DNA from: Psammoneis japonica
Taxonomy: Eukaryota
DNA: 20,000 nt
Reading direction: 5' to 3'
Assembly: GCA_008632985.1 (NCBI GenBank)
Contig: QPGO01000015.1
Coordinates: 803,707 to 823,706, forward strand
How positions within the stretch are numbered: the first letter of the stretch is position 1; each line of letters opens with the position of its first letter. Below, in pieces: positions 1 to 11,354 of this stretch. Made by a program: the position numbers and the translations under genes. Below the pieces are notes generated by a model. It saw only the letters and a program-made list of their open reading frames with translations, did no database searches and was not told the DNA's origin.

Positions 1-563
1 ATTCAGCTGACATCAGCACTGGAGGAGTCTTCAAATTTGAGTTTGAGGCCATCAGACAGACTGAAATGCTCTGCACTTGATGCTGCATGGGCTCAAATGC
101 CAGGCTGAAAATTGAGGTCAGGGCCCCATGTGGTGAGCAGCACACATTGTTGATGGGAAACTCAGAAGCAACATTTTGAGCAGCTCTGTGTGTCACATCA
201 AGTGCCTGTGTTCCATTGACTGGAGATGAGCACCATCAGCAATCACTTGCACCAACCAAGCAAAGATGCCTGTCAGCTGTGGAGCAAAAAAAGCACCTTT
301 TGCCCTGCAGCTGATCCCAACATTTGTGGGCATGTGCTGTGCAAGGCAACTCACTGAACTGGCTGCTTCATTTGGGAGCAACGCTCATGTTTTTTCCCTT
401 GCACTTGGCCACAGCACTTCCTGCAGCCACTCCTGAACAAAGACTCTGCCCAATTTGTTGCTGCCCTGCTGCTTCGACAAGCATGGTTGTCATCAGAAAG
501 AGCACAAGCATGCAGCATTGGAGATGGGATCAGACAACAGGGCAGCTTGATGATGCTCTCTGG
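1..563. other. Unidentified decayed repeat-like DNA, the left flank into which the Gypsy element inserted
   Basis: No TpA and only 2 CpG in positions 1-600. No protein motif recognised. Confidence 0.4.
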
Positions 564-954
564 TGTGCTGTGCTTGAAGAAAAATTGCAAATGAAAGCAG
601 AACAAATCATGAAAAGTGGAAAATTGCGAGATTAAATTTTGCTCTGTGATTTTGGATTTCTCCAAACAAGAAGCTCTCAATGGCCCAAAGCATTTGCACT
701 GCTCCACAGAGCAAAGGCCTTTCAGAGAATCCAGTCATGACAACAGATCATCCAGATGTGATCAACACTGACATCTCATGTGTCAACATCATCCATTGTT
801 TGCATCTGCAATTTCAGACATCAAATCAATTCTGTGTGATTGACCTGACCTTTGCATGCATCCATGATTGCCACGCAATTGACACACCTGACAACACACA
901 ATTGCAAGCACATGCACACTTTCTTCTGTTTGACAATGGACAACACATGCTGTG
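564..954 (-). repeat. 3' LTR of the Gypsy element
   Basis: Aligns along its length with 5221-5603 (shared blocks such as caaatcatgaaaagtggaaaattg, agagcaaaggcctttcaga and aacactgacatctcatgtgtcaacatcatc). Lies about 27 bp after the integrase stop codon. Ends were inferred from the alignment. Confidence 0.8.
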
Positions 955-980
955 CTTGCCTTGTCAATTGCACATGTGAG

Positions 981-3900
981 TCATTTGTCAAATGGAGTTG
1001 TTCGATGGACATTGACTGTGTTGACAATGTCACCACATTTTGATCTGCACTGTGTCATTGGTGTGCACCATTGTCATCTCATGAGGCTCAGAACAGGGCT
1101 GTTCTAATTTTTGCAAATCTTTCTCTGGCAGGATCTTTTCTCCCATGCTGCATGTGCATGGAGCCCATTGTGCATTCTCTCTGGTGTTGTTTTTGTTCAC
1201 AACATCTTGTTTTTGTTTCTGAGTGAGCTTCTGGTCAGCAATGTGTTGGGCATCAAATGTTGTGTCTCCTTTGAAGACTGGTTGTCCTGGCACAGCTTGT
1301 GCAGTGGCATGATGTGTTGAATGTGCTGCAAAGGCTGCTGCAGACAGCATCCCCTCAAATAGATTCTGTGCATCCAGGGATGGATTTTGTAAATCAAAAG
1401 TGCACAGCACATTGCCCAGCCAGCACTTGATGCACATGCTCAATTGCACCATTTGCTTGTTGACTCTGTGCAGTTGTGGGCATGCATTCAATGCCACAAT
1501 CATCTCAAACCACAGCTCTAAATTGGTGTCCAATGAACTCACTTCCATGGTCACAAGCAATTGACAACAGTCAAGGACATCTGCTCAACATGTTCTTTCT
1601 AACAACCCAGTGACAGTTGTGGATTCCTCATTTGGAATTTCTGCCATTTCAAACCATCCTGTTTGCCAAACACTTCAGGACTGGGTTTTTTCTGTGCTTT
1701 GATGCATCTTGTGTGGTCCAATGAGATCCACACATGTGGTCTTTCCCATCACGCTGATTCTGTGCACTCCTTGGGAGGCAAATGACAGCATTTCTTTTGT
1801 TTCTTCTTAAATTTCTTGCTCGCCTCACATTTTGACATGCATTTTCTCATGTTCTCATGCAATGCACTTGCCTCTGTGAAAAGTCTTTGCATGACATGTC
1901 ACATCTGACAATTTAGCGAGAATGTCTTTGACCAGTTTTTGTTCAGCATCAAGAACTTTGTGTGTCAACAGAAAGAAATCCTTGTCGCAGGATCCAGGTG
2001 CAACTTTCTCAGCCAGCTCTTTGTTGCTGAGGTTTTCCACAGGTGTTTTGTTTTCTTCACACAAGTCAACTGATCACATCTGCAATGGCACTGGCCTTGC
2101 TCCTGCTGAGACAGATCATTTCAGGACTGCACTCCTCAGTTGTCAGATGCCAACACATGACTCTGTCCATTGCAAATTCTCATTGGTGAGATTTTTGTGA
2201 TCTGTGCATGCATTTGTCTGTTGGCCAAACAGCACATTTCAGAATTGATCAAATGTTTTTGCTGTTGACAGAAGTTCTTTTCCCGCTGCAGTGTGTCATG
2301 CCTGTGCTCCATTTGGCTTGCGGCCATGAAAGTCAATGGGTCTGTTATTCTGCACTGTTGTGACTGCTCCCAATCAAAATTGCTTGCACCACCAGCACAT
2401 GTCTCAAAGAAGGGTGTGTGTTGAAATTTGGGTGTGACAATGACATGTCTTTCAACACAACTGGCTTCACATTTTTGAAAGCTTTTGTTCTGTGCCTGTC
2501 CATCGCCACTCAACCTCCTCAGATGAGGTGAGTTTGGCCAAAGGAGCAAGCACACAAGATTGTTGAGACCACATGTCTTGGTGGTGATTGATCTCACCAA
2601 TGAAACATCATTTCAGTTCCTTGCAAGTTGCAGGAGTTGCAATTGTTTGAATTGCCTCAACTTTCTTGGGCATTGGTCTGATGCCATTTTGGGTGACACA
2701 AAAGCCCAGACAGCTTGCTTCAGGCTCAGCAAAAATGACCTTTTGGCATTGACCTTCAAACTGGCTTGTTGGAACCATGTGAATGTTGTCTCGAGCTTCT
2801 TTTCACATGATCTTTGAAGTCACCTTTTGCCAGGCATGGCACCATGGCATCAGGGCAAGTTCTGACAAACTCTGGTCCTGCCATGAGCTTGCTTGTGTGC
2901 TCCTGAAAAATGTCTGGAGCTCCACAAATTCCCGTTGGAAGCCTGCAGGGCTCATGCTTGCCCCGCAGCATCACGATCATGCACAAACAATGTGTGTGTG
3001 GTGTCAACTCAATGTTGCAGCATCCCATGTTCAAATTGAGTGAGGTTGCACACATGAATCCTTCTGGTTTCTGTGGCATGTCCTGAATTTTGGCGAAAGA
3101 TGCAGAGAGCACATTGACCTTCCATCAAGCTCATGGAAGCGGCAGAAGTCAAACCAAACTCAACTGTTTTCCTTTGGGCTGAACAAAGATTGGAGCTGCC
3201 CACTCAGAATGGCCCGCTCTTCTCAGGACTCCCAACTTGCACAGTCAGTTTGCTTCCCAAGCAGTTGCCTCCAAGGCTTGTGGAACTGGAAAAGGTTTCA
3301 CATGGCGCAGAGTTGCGCCAGTGCAAGATCCACCAGTGTTCCTGTCCATTTGCCTGGAGAACTGTCAAAAAGATGTTCAGAAGAAGTTCAAATGATCCTG
3401 TTCCTCTGGGATCAGATGCCAGTCACATCATTGAGATCAGCAGCATGACAGTCAGTGTGGAGGATTTTTTGTTGATCCTGTCATTAAGACCATTCATGGC
3501 ATGAGATTCTTCAATGTGACCAGCAATCAGCTTTGACACTTTGGCTTTGAAGAGTGCATCAACATTCTTCACTGGCACAGTTGTGTCTTGTTCCCATTTG
3601 ATTTGTCTGCTCACAAAATCAAGTGTGACTCTAAGACTGCTCATCAAGTCATGTCCCACAATCATGTCATGTTGCAAAAGAAGTGGCAGCACTGTCAACA
3701 TGTGCTGTCTTCTCAATTCAACTCACACTTGTCAAATGCAGGCAGTGAGAACTGAGTGGAGAGCATCAACTGTCAGTTGTAAAGAACCTGCCCTTGGTTT
3801 CCCAAGTCTTGGTGGCAGATTTCTCATTTCTCAACTTCCACATTGATTTGCACAAAATTGTGGTTGATGATGTTCTGCTGTTGAGAAGAAAGCACAGAGG

Positions 3901-5193
3901 CTGATTTTTCTTCTCCCCCCAAGGAAGCATTCACACAAGCAGCAATGGCTGCTGGACCAGTGTGACTGCTTTGGCCCTTTCTCCAGGCTTCTTCTGACAT
4001 CCAGCAACATGCAACAAGACTCCTCAACAGGAGCCAGTTGTTCCTCAAAATTGCTGCAAGTCACTTTTTCAAACCAACTGTTTTCCTCACTGAGGATGCC
4101 TGAGTCACATTCCTCACTCTTGTCCATCTGATTCTTTGTGGAGGAACTTGTCTTCAGAGATTTGTTGGTTGCCTGAGTGATCATGAAATTCAATTCTTCC
4201 TGCCTGTTGAGAGGTGTTTTTAGCATCGCAACAAGACCATGTGGGATCGCCATTTGAACATTGCCATTTCATGTTTTGTTCAGCATTCTCTTGGCATTCT
4301 TTTGCTGGCCTGGTCTTTTGATGCCCAGCACTGGCCCACATTGTGGGTGGCTTTCTCATGATGGCTGCACCACTTGTCACAGACTCAGATCATTTGGCAC
4401 CAGATTGGCAACCATTTTTGGGACCACAATGAGATCCATTCTTGGCTTTGGAACCAAACTTGTTGGCAGTGTCAGGCTGGGCATGAGTTTGGTCAAATGT
4501 GTCCTCTCAGTGACCTCCAGGCACTTCAAGAACTCCACCAACTTGTCAAAGGCATGGTCTAAAATTTCAAAACCTTGCAGGGTTGACTGATGTTGCCATC
4601 AATGAGGTGCATGATTGCAAGCAATGTTGCAGAGCTCATCTTTGTCCAGATTCTGTTTGGACTCAAAGGGAGGATGACACTTGAAATCTTTGTCAACTTG
4701 TTCCTGCATTCAATTGGCAATTTCTTGGATCTTCACAGAGTCCAGCTTCTTGAGTTCACGTCACAGATGCATTTTCTGGCTCTGAAGTGCATTCTTGGGA
4801 AAGACATGGTCAGAGAGGCAATGATGACATTTTTCAAAGGCTCCTTCATCTTCAACATTCATTGCCTTGTTCTCAAAAACTTGCAGAGCATCCCCTTCCA
4901 ATGACCCATGCACAAGTCAGAAATTGTCAGCTTTTTCTTGATGTTCTGGTCCACCTGAGTTTGCTGAATGTTTTTGAGAATTTGATGTGCTCAAGGGACT
5001 CCCTGCTTGTTGTGGTGCACGACAATGAATGTGTGAGCACAACTCTTCTTGTCTTTTGGATGAAAACACTGCTGCATTTTGAGGTGCTGGCTTGGTTTGA
5101 GTGTCTTTGGCTCAGAAGTTGACTCCAGCGGTGCAGGTGCAATCTTCTCCGGCTTGATGGCAGACACTGGAGGCAAAAGCTTTGTTTTTGCAT
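981..5193 (-). pseudogene. Gypsy gag-pol pseudogene with many frameshifts, stops and missense changes
   Basis: Protease-region remnant HDMIVGHDLMSSLRVTLDF..IKWE (~3590-3680). RT remnants SEWAAPIFVQPK (~3170-3205) and KIQDMPQKPEGFMCATSLNLNMGCCNIEL..CRLPTGICGAPDIFQEHTSKLMAGPEFVRTCPD (~2850-3090). Integrase remnants WLGNVLCTFDLQ..AVPGQPVF..KLEQPCSEPH..VHTNDTVQIK (~1030-1430). Confidence 0.9.
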
Positions 5194-5220
5194 TTTGCCC
5201 TCTGTGGTGTGTGTGCACAA

Positions 5221-5603
5221 TGCACCATGCTCAAAGAATGAGTGCTGCAAATGAAAGTGTGACAAATCATGAAAAGTGGAAAATTGTGAGATTAAATTTC
5301 ACTCTGCAGTTTGGGGTTTCTCTGAGCAAGCTCTCAATGGCCCAAAACATTTGTGCTGCTCCTGCAGAGCAAAGGCCTTTCAGACAATCCAGTCCTGACA
5401 ACAGATTGTCCGGGTGCAACCAACACTGACATCTCATGTGTCAACATCATCTGTCAATTGCATTTGCAATTTGAGACATCCAATCAACTCTGTGTGATCA
5501 ATCTGACCTTCACCCTCATCCACCATTGTTGTGTGGCTGACATGTGTGATGACACATGACTGTGAACACATGCAATTTCTTCTGCTTGGCAATGCATGCT
5601 GCA
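5221..5603 (-). repeat. 5' LTR of the Gypsy element
   Basis: Has TG...CA ends with an imperfect terminal inverted repeat (TGCACCATGC ... GCATGCTGCA). Direct repeat of 564-954, located just upstream of the putative gag ATG at 5193. Confidence 0.8.
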
Positions 5604-8496
5604 CTGAATGTGACACATCAAATGCCACATAAAAAATCTGCAGGAGTGTGGAAAAATTCTGGGCCACAGGGCAGAGCAAATGGGTCATTTGATGATGTGT
5701 CTTTGAAGCCAGCGGGCTTTTGTCTCAAGGAAATTCTCTGCTTGCCTGCAGCCAAGCTTCCAAAAGCTGGTGGCAAGCCTGAAAGCAGGGTCCCACCATT
5801 GCCCCTTTCCATGAAGACAAGCCTCATGACAATGCTTTCTGGCTGACAACAACTGGGCAATCAACAAAAGCAATTGAGCAAACTGTGCTGTGACCATCTT
5901 TTGATGTTGGCCAGGCCAGCAACACTTGAAGAAAGTTTGGAAGCTTGTGCACCCCCCGAATGTTTTCAAAAAGTGTTCAATGGAGAAGACATGCTGACCA
6001 AGCACTCAAAAAAAGTCAGCAGCAAAGTTTTTTGAGTGTGAGCAGTTGGAGGTTGGGGTTGGTGACAGCAGCAACACACAACAAAAACTCACAGAGGTGT
6101 GTGCAGTTTGGCTGGAGAAGTCTTTTTCACAACATCAGCACCTTCTTGGTTGCTTTGCTTGGATGTGACAACAAAAAAGATGCAAGGAAACCTTCATGAC
6201 AGCCACCATCAGAGTGATGAGGCTCTTTTGCTGTTCCTTGGCCCAACAACCTCTCCCCAGCTGCGTGCTTGCAGTCACTCAGATTGTTGCCAGCAGGCCA
6301 TTTCCAGTTGTCAGGTGTGCAGCAACCCAACCACAATGTGTCTGCACCCAACAACAGCATCAAAGGACCACGTTTCTGGAAATTCTTGTCTTGGGGCTGC
6401 CAAAAAACTCAAACAGCTGCTGATGGTTTCCCCTTGCAGCAGCGCTTGAGAAAGGAGGAGCAACAGTGCTGCAACCTGGATCTGCTGCACGCGTTTTTTG
6501 TCAAAGAGATGTAAAATGGCAACATTTTCAAACATTCTCAATGGCAGATTTTACTGGCACTTGCTCTCTCAGGCCATGGTTTTCCATTTTGTTGCAAAGC
6601 CCACACTCAGGCAGGAACAGCCACCATGCAGAGCACATTTGGTTCAAGTGGTTGGCACAAGCCCTTTCAAACTGAAGACAAGCTCCACGTTTTTGAGCAA
6701 GCTGGTTTTTGTTTCTTGAATCAAGATCATTTTGTTTCTTGCCAGCACTGTGTGCAACAAGTGGAGTTTGCACTCTGTCATCAAGAACAGATGATGCAGT
6801 CTTTGGCTCATCATGGTTGGGAAACTTCAGCAGCTGGCAGCTCTTGGAGCACAGATGCATTGTGCACTGTGCTGGTCCTGCACAAACAACTGCAAAAATG
6901 GCTTGATGACCATGCAAATGCTCCAGAGTTCAGCACACTGGGTTGTCCCAGCTTGCCTCCATCAGACTGCACACAGGTGTGTTTGTTCTTCATCTGCACT
7001 CTCCCACCAAAATTGGGCCATTTTTTTAATGTGAAAGGCAAGGAAGCCTGGCAACACTGGTCTGGGGATCAAAAAAAAAAGAAAAAAGTGCAATCCCCGC
7101 CCATGTGTTCATCTGCTTGCTGCTCATGCTTGTCATCCAGAAGCTGAGAGTGCTTGGAAATTGGCGCCATTGCCACTCATGCTTTGCCAGTTGATTGCAA
7201 CACATGTGCACAACATGTGCCACACACTGAGATCATCAGAGAACCAGCATCTTCAACAATGCATGATGGAGCCCCAGCTGGCCTGCCAAAGGGTCCATCT
7301 GCTTCTTTGCAGCACGTGTGATGCCATCTGCCATAATTTTTTCTGTTTGAAGCCCCACTCTTGCTCCACACATGCTGCTTGATTTGCCTCAGCTGGCAAA
7401 GTGGCAATGGGTCAAAAATGCCCCACATGAGAATCTAACTTGCAGTTCCTGCAATCCATTTTGAGCAGGCAGCAAGTGTGCGGGTCCAGACAGATGATGA
7501 TGGCTCTCACAACAGGTGCCTGAGAAAGCAGCAAGAAAGTTGTTGTTTGCACCATCAATGCTGCTTTTCCCTCACATGCACCATGTGGGTGTCAAGTGAC
7601 AGAACCACTCCTGTGACAAGGTGGCTGGCAACAAGATGCCCAATTTGAACAAAACTTTGTCAGCTCAGCCAGCTTGACATGATGATGCCTCTTCCATTGT
7701 CACATGTGACAGAAGCTGAGCATTGTTGCTGGCAAGAAATGCCCTCACATCATGCAGCGCAGCTGCTTTTGACTTTTCAGCCCCCAGTCAGGTGCTGCTC
7801 TGGCATGGTGGCAGGGGATTGTGGAACAGAGGAAAAAAAGAAAGAGGTGGCACTTCATTCAGAAGCCAGTCAAGACATCACCCCATTTCAGCATCAATGT
7901 TTTTGAGCCAAATTTTCCATCAACGTGCAGTCCTCCATTCCTCCATGAGGAGTCTCATGTGCTCTGATCCCACCTTGATGCCCACAACCACTGCTGCCAG
8001 AGACATCTCCACATGCCACAAGCTGTCGTGCACTGTTGCTGTCATTGGGGTTGATGGGGAATGCAAAAAAAGGCTGCCCACTTTTGAGGAAAATCTCTGA
8101 TCATAAGATCTGCCAACAGAGAGGCAACTTTGTTGCCAAAAATCTGTGTCTCATCCACAGTCAAAAGAGAAGGTGTGCCACCAGCTGTCACTCTGTGTGG
8201 CTCTGACAGCATGATGGTGGCACTTTTTCAAATGACAACTGATCACAAGGGCTCAATTTGGCACACCCAGACAAGCAAAAAGACTGCATGGCACTCAAAG
8301 CTCAAAGCTTGGAAGAAATGGTGAGAGATCAGCCTGCAGACCACCATTGCTGGCAATGAAACCTTGGCCTTGACAGAGCCATGGCATCAACATGTGCAAG
8401 CCAGTTCTCCTTTTGTCTTTCTGTCACAGCATTTGAGCTCTTCCAGAATGTGAAAAGCCTCATGTTGGTCTTGTTGAGACACACAGCTGCAAATCT
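5604..8496. other. Unidentified decayed sequence, probably coding or TE-derived; includes a residual + strand frame at ~6269-7147
   Basis: Same TpA/CpG depletion. ORFs 6269-6514 and 6626-7147 are in the same frame, separated by one TAA, and read as protein-like when Cys/His are reverted to Tyr. Family not recognised. Confidence 0.4.
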
Positions 8497-9945
8497 TCTT
8501 GGAGTGTTGGGGTGAGAGAGGTGATTTTCACAGGACAGGCAGACAGCATTGCAGTGAAAGACATGCCGGTGATTGTGGATGATGTGGCATGTTTTCATTC
8601 ACAACTTGGGTTGGGTCATGGGTCTTGTGCTCACTTTTCAGCTTCTGCACCAGGTCATCACAGCAATGGTGGTTGACAGCATCATTGGAAATGTGTTTGC
8701 AAGCCATGCAATGAGTTTGGGGTCAGTGAGACCAAACACACACTGGTCAGCAAGCCACGAAACTTCAACACAGAAGCCAAAGAAAGCTGTGGCACAATGC
8801 TCAAAGGAGTGGCATCATTCAAAGACCAGGAAGTCATCAGCAACACAATGAGGTTGTGTTGAGCCAGGACAATGTGGGCAAAAAGAAGGATGCAGCTGAG
8901 TGTGGAAGCACAAAAGATTCAAAGGAGTGTGTGTGTGATGCCATTGCTAAGTTGAGACAACAGGCAGATGGTCACAAGGAAACCACAAGGAAGATCAGCA
9001 AGCATGTTGGAAGAATGTTTGGGCCAAAGATGCAGGCACTGGCATCTCTGAGGCAGGAGAGCATGCCAAAAGAGCTGGAGCATCCATCAGGAGATGCTGC
9101 ATCAGAGAAGGACAAGGCAATCTGGGGCAAGCAACATGATCAACACAATGTGAAACAGAGGAGTGACAGAGTTTGCAAGAGTTTTAAAATGATGAGAAGT
9201 GGCAGTGCAGCTGGAAATTCTCAAGTCAGTTTTGTTCAATGCAGGTGAGAAAACACACTTGCATGTCCAGGCAGTCAAGGCTTGAAAGCAGTTGGTGGCA
9301 CTCATTCATCAAGATGAAGGAGAGGTGCTTCAAGATTGTTGCAATCGGCTCACGAGCATTTTTGAGATGGCGGAAATATCCTGTGGGAGAGCCATCCCAG
9401 AAAAAATCACCAAGAAAGAAGAAGGGTTCAGCAAGGATGCTGATGACACCTGAGTCAAAGAAGAAAGAAACAAGTTGTCAGCAGCAGCACCAATTGAAGG
9501 TGCCAAGGAATGTTGGCATGTCTTGCGGTCTTGAAAGACCTGCATTGGCAGTTTGTGCTGGGGGTTGATGATTGCCCCAATTTGGCTAAGGACAAGGAAC
9601 GCAGGTGTTGGGCACATGTGGAGCCAGAAAGAAGCCTGAGAGCAGCACAAGTTTTGTGCAGAATGAGAAGAAGCAGAAATGTGAAAAGGTTGGGATTGTG
9701 AAAAGGACTGTCCTTCTTTGCTCAACGATGAGGACAATGATCATTCATTGGCAGAGTCAGATGATGTGGGCCACAGGAATCAGCGGAGTGGTCAAAGTGG
9801 CATTGGATGGCATGGTTTCCAAGTGTCATCCTCCCATGCTTGATGTGCATGAAGCCAGTCAATCGAAAGCTCATTCGAAGGAGTGTGTTGGAACATTGGG
9901 GTGAGAAGGGGCAGTTTTCGCAGGACAGACAGACAGCATTAGAGA
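8497..9945 (+). mobile_element. Decayed, internally deleted (gag-only) Ty1/copia element of diatom CoDi type
   Basis: The LTR start is repeated at 8497 (tcttggagtgttggggtgagagaggtgattttcacaggacaggcagacagcatt) and 9886 (tgttggaacattggggtgagaaggggcagttttcgcaggacagacagacagcatt). A purine tract GAAGGAGTG lies directly before TGTTGG at 9886. Gag-like peptide QQADGHKETTRKISKHVGRMFGPKMQAL..SEKDKAIWGKQHDQH, then STSFVQ and SGIGWHGFQ; no pol domains. The right end is uncertain. Confidence 0.65.
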
Positions 9946-10282
9946 TCAAAACCCATCATCTGATTAACATCACACTTCCTGTCATTACAGGAATTTGCAG
10001 ATTGTTTAACCTGCTCCTTTCAGCCTGTTCCCTGCTAGCCCCAACTATGTCTTTGCGGCACTGAAGCGAAAACAATGGAAAGTGTTGAACATTGTCGAGA
10101 GTTGAACTGGACCATTGTAGTGCTCAGGCGAATCATGCTGTCTTGTCATCAAACCAAGGGTCTGACTCTTTCAATATTATGCACTTCTACTCACTACAGT
10201 ACAGACAAGTCTTGAAGAACGAAAACGATTAAAACTTTTCTTCAGACTGCATTCTGCTTCTAGAGTCGCCAACGGTCACTTG

Positions 10283-11095
10283 TCACTTGGCCCCATGAGC
10301 TATACCTGCTTTTGAAATGACCCAAATATCCTTTAAATCTCGATACAGTTCATTGTAGTCCAGTCCATAGCCGATTATAAAATGGTTTGGAATCGTAAAT
10401 CCCGTGTACTTCGCCCTGACTTTGGGCGGGCTACTTAGCCGCTTTTCCAGAAGCGAAACGACTTGCAGCGACTTGGGCGAGCCATTTTTCTGGAGGGCGG
10501 GCAGTAAGTGCGAGAGGGTGGTACCTGTGTCCACAATATCTTCTACCACCAGCACATGTTGGTCTTTCAAGTTCGCGTAATCCAGTCCACCACTTACAAT
10601 TTTCCCCGAGGAATTGGTTCCTTCGTAAGATTTTGCTCGAAGGTATTCAGTTTGGTAACCATGTTTCAGTTCTTGCAGAGAATCCAGCAAATGCTGACAG
10701 AACTATGGAAAAAGAACGCGCTCTTTTAATATTCTGACACTCGTTTTGAGAAGAAACAGCGCTCATCTTTTACACTGTCGCACGTACCGGAGCGGCGCCT
10801 TTAAGCACGCAAACCACGAGGAGTCTCTCGCTGCCGTAATCCTCGTGAATCAACTCAGCCAAATCCTTGATTCGATTTTTTATTTGTTCGTGCGTGATCA
10901 TGACACTGGCCAGATGACCTTTGTACTCAGCAGGTGATTCGAATTCCTGCAATCCAAAGAGCGGTTTGTGAGAACAACCACAAACAACGGAACATTGCAG
11001 AAGATTTCAACCCATTTCGCAGTGCTCACCGACGGATCATGTCCTAGGTTTCCATCTAGGATCGCAACTGGAGCGTAACGCTCTTCGATAGACAT
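10283..11095 (-). CDS. HPRT: Hypoxanthine-guanine phosphoribosyltransferase, 3 exons (11095-11030, 10946-10788, 10702-10283), 214 aa
   Basis: Motifs VCVLKGA, PRPP-binding VLVVEDIVDTGTTL and FIIGYGLDYNELYRDL. Two phase-0 GT-AG introns (GTGAGC..TTGCAG and GTACGT..CCATAG) join the three ORF pieces in frame. Confidence 0.95.
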
Positions 11096-11354
11096 GCTTC
11101 TCTTATCCTTCTCTTAGTAGGGTCCACAAGCTTGGTCTTTTCTTTATCGTTCTCTTTTTTTCAATTTTTTCTTGTGTTTTTTTGCCAGCTGCCGCCGACC
11201 GGATGATAATTTTATACTATTAATAACATGAAAATCCAAAATATGAAGTGCGCTACCGCTCCTGATGAGCACGTTGTTATTCTGGTATCGAGACATACCG
11301 GTACAGTGTACAGTTGACCGTATCAGCATTTGAGATTTGAGAGTCGTTGTCCCG

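Larger units (their letters stand above)
564..5603 (-). mobile_element. Full-length, heavily decayed Ty3/Gypsy LTR retrotransposon (about 5.0 kb)
   Basis: Two ~390-bp direct repeats (564-954 and 5221-5603) flank minus-strand remnants in the Gypsy order gag-PR-RT-RH-IN. Possible 4-bp TSD: CTGG (560-563) versus CTGA (5604-5607), 3/4 match. Confidence 0.9.

Noticed and set aside
1..9940. Dozens of overlapping 60-180 aa Cys/His/Gln/Met-rich ORFs, suggestive of metal-binding peptides or an alternative genetic code
   Set aside because: By-product of TpA loss (TAA/TAG stops removed, TG/CA codons enriched). Neighbouring genes use Tyr and standard stops normally.
1..9940. Classical fungal RIP or 5mCpG decay as the sole explanation
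   Set aside because: RIP raises TpA. CpG deamination cannot remove TpA or turn Tyr into Cys/His.
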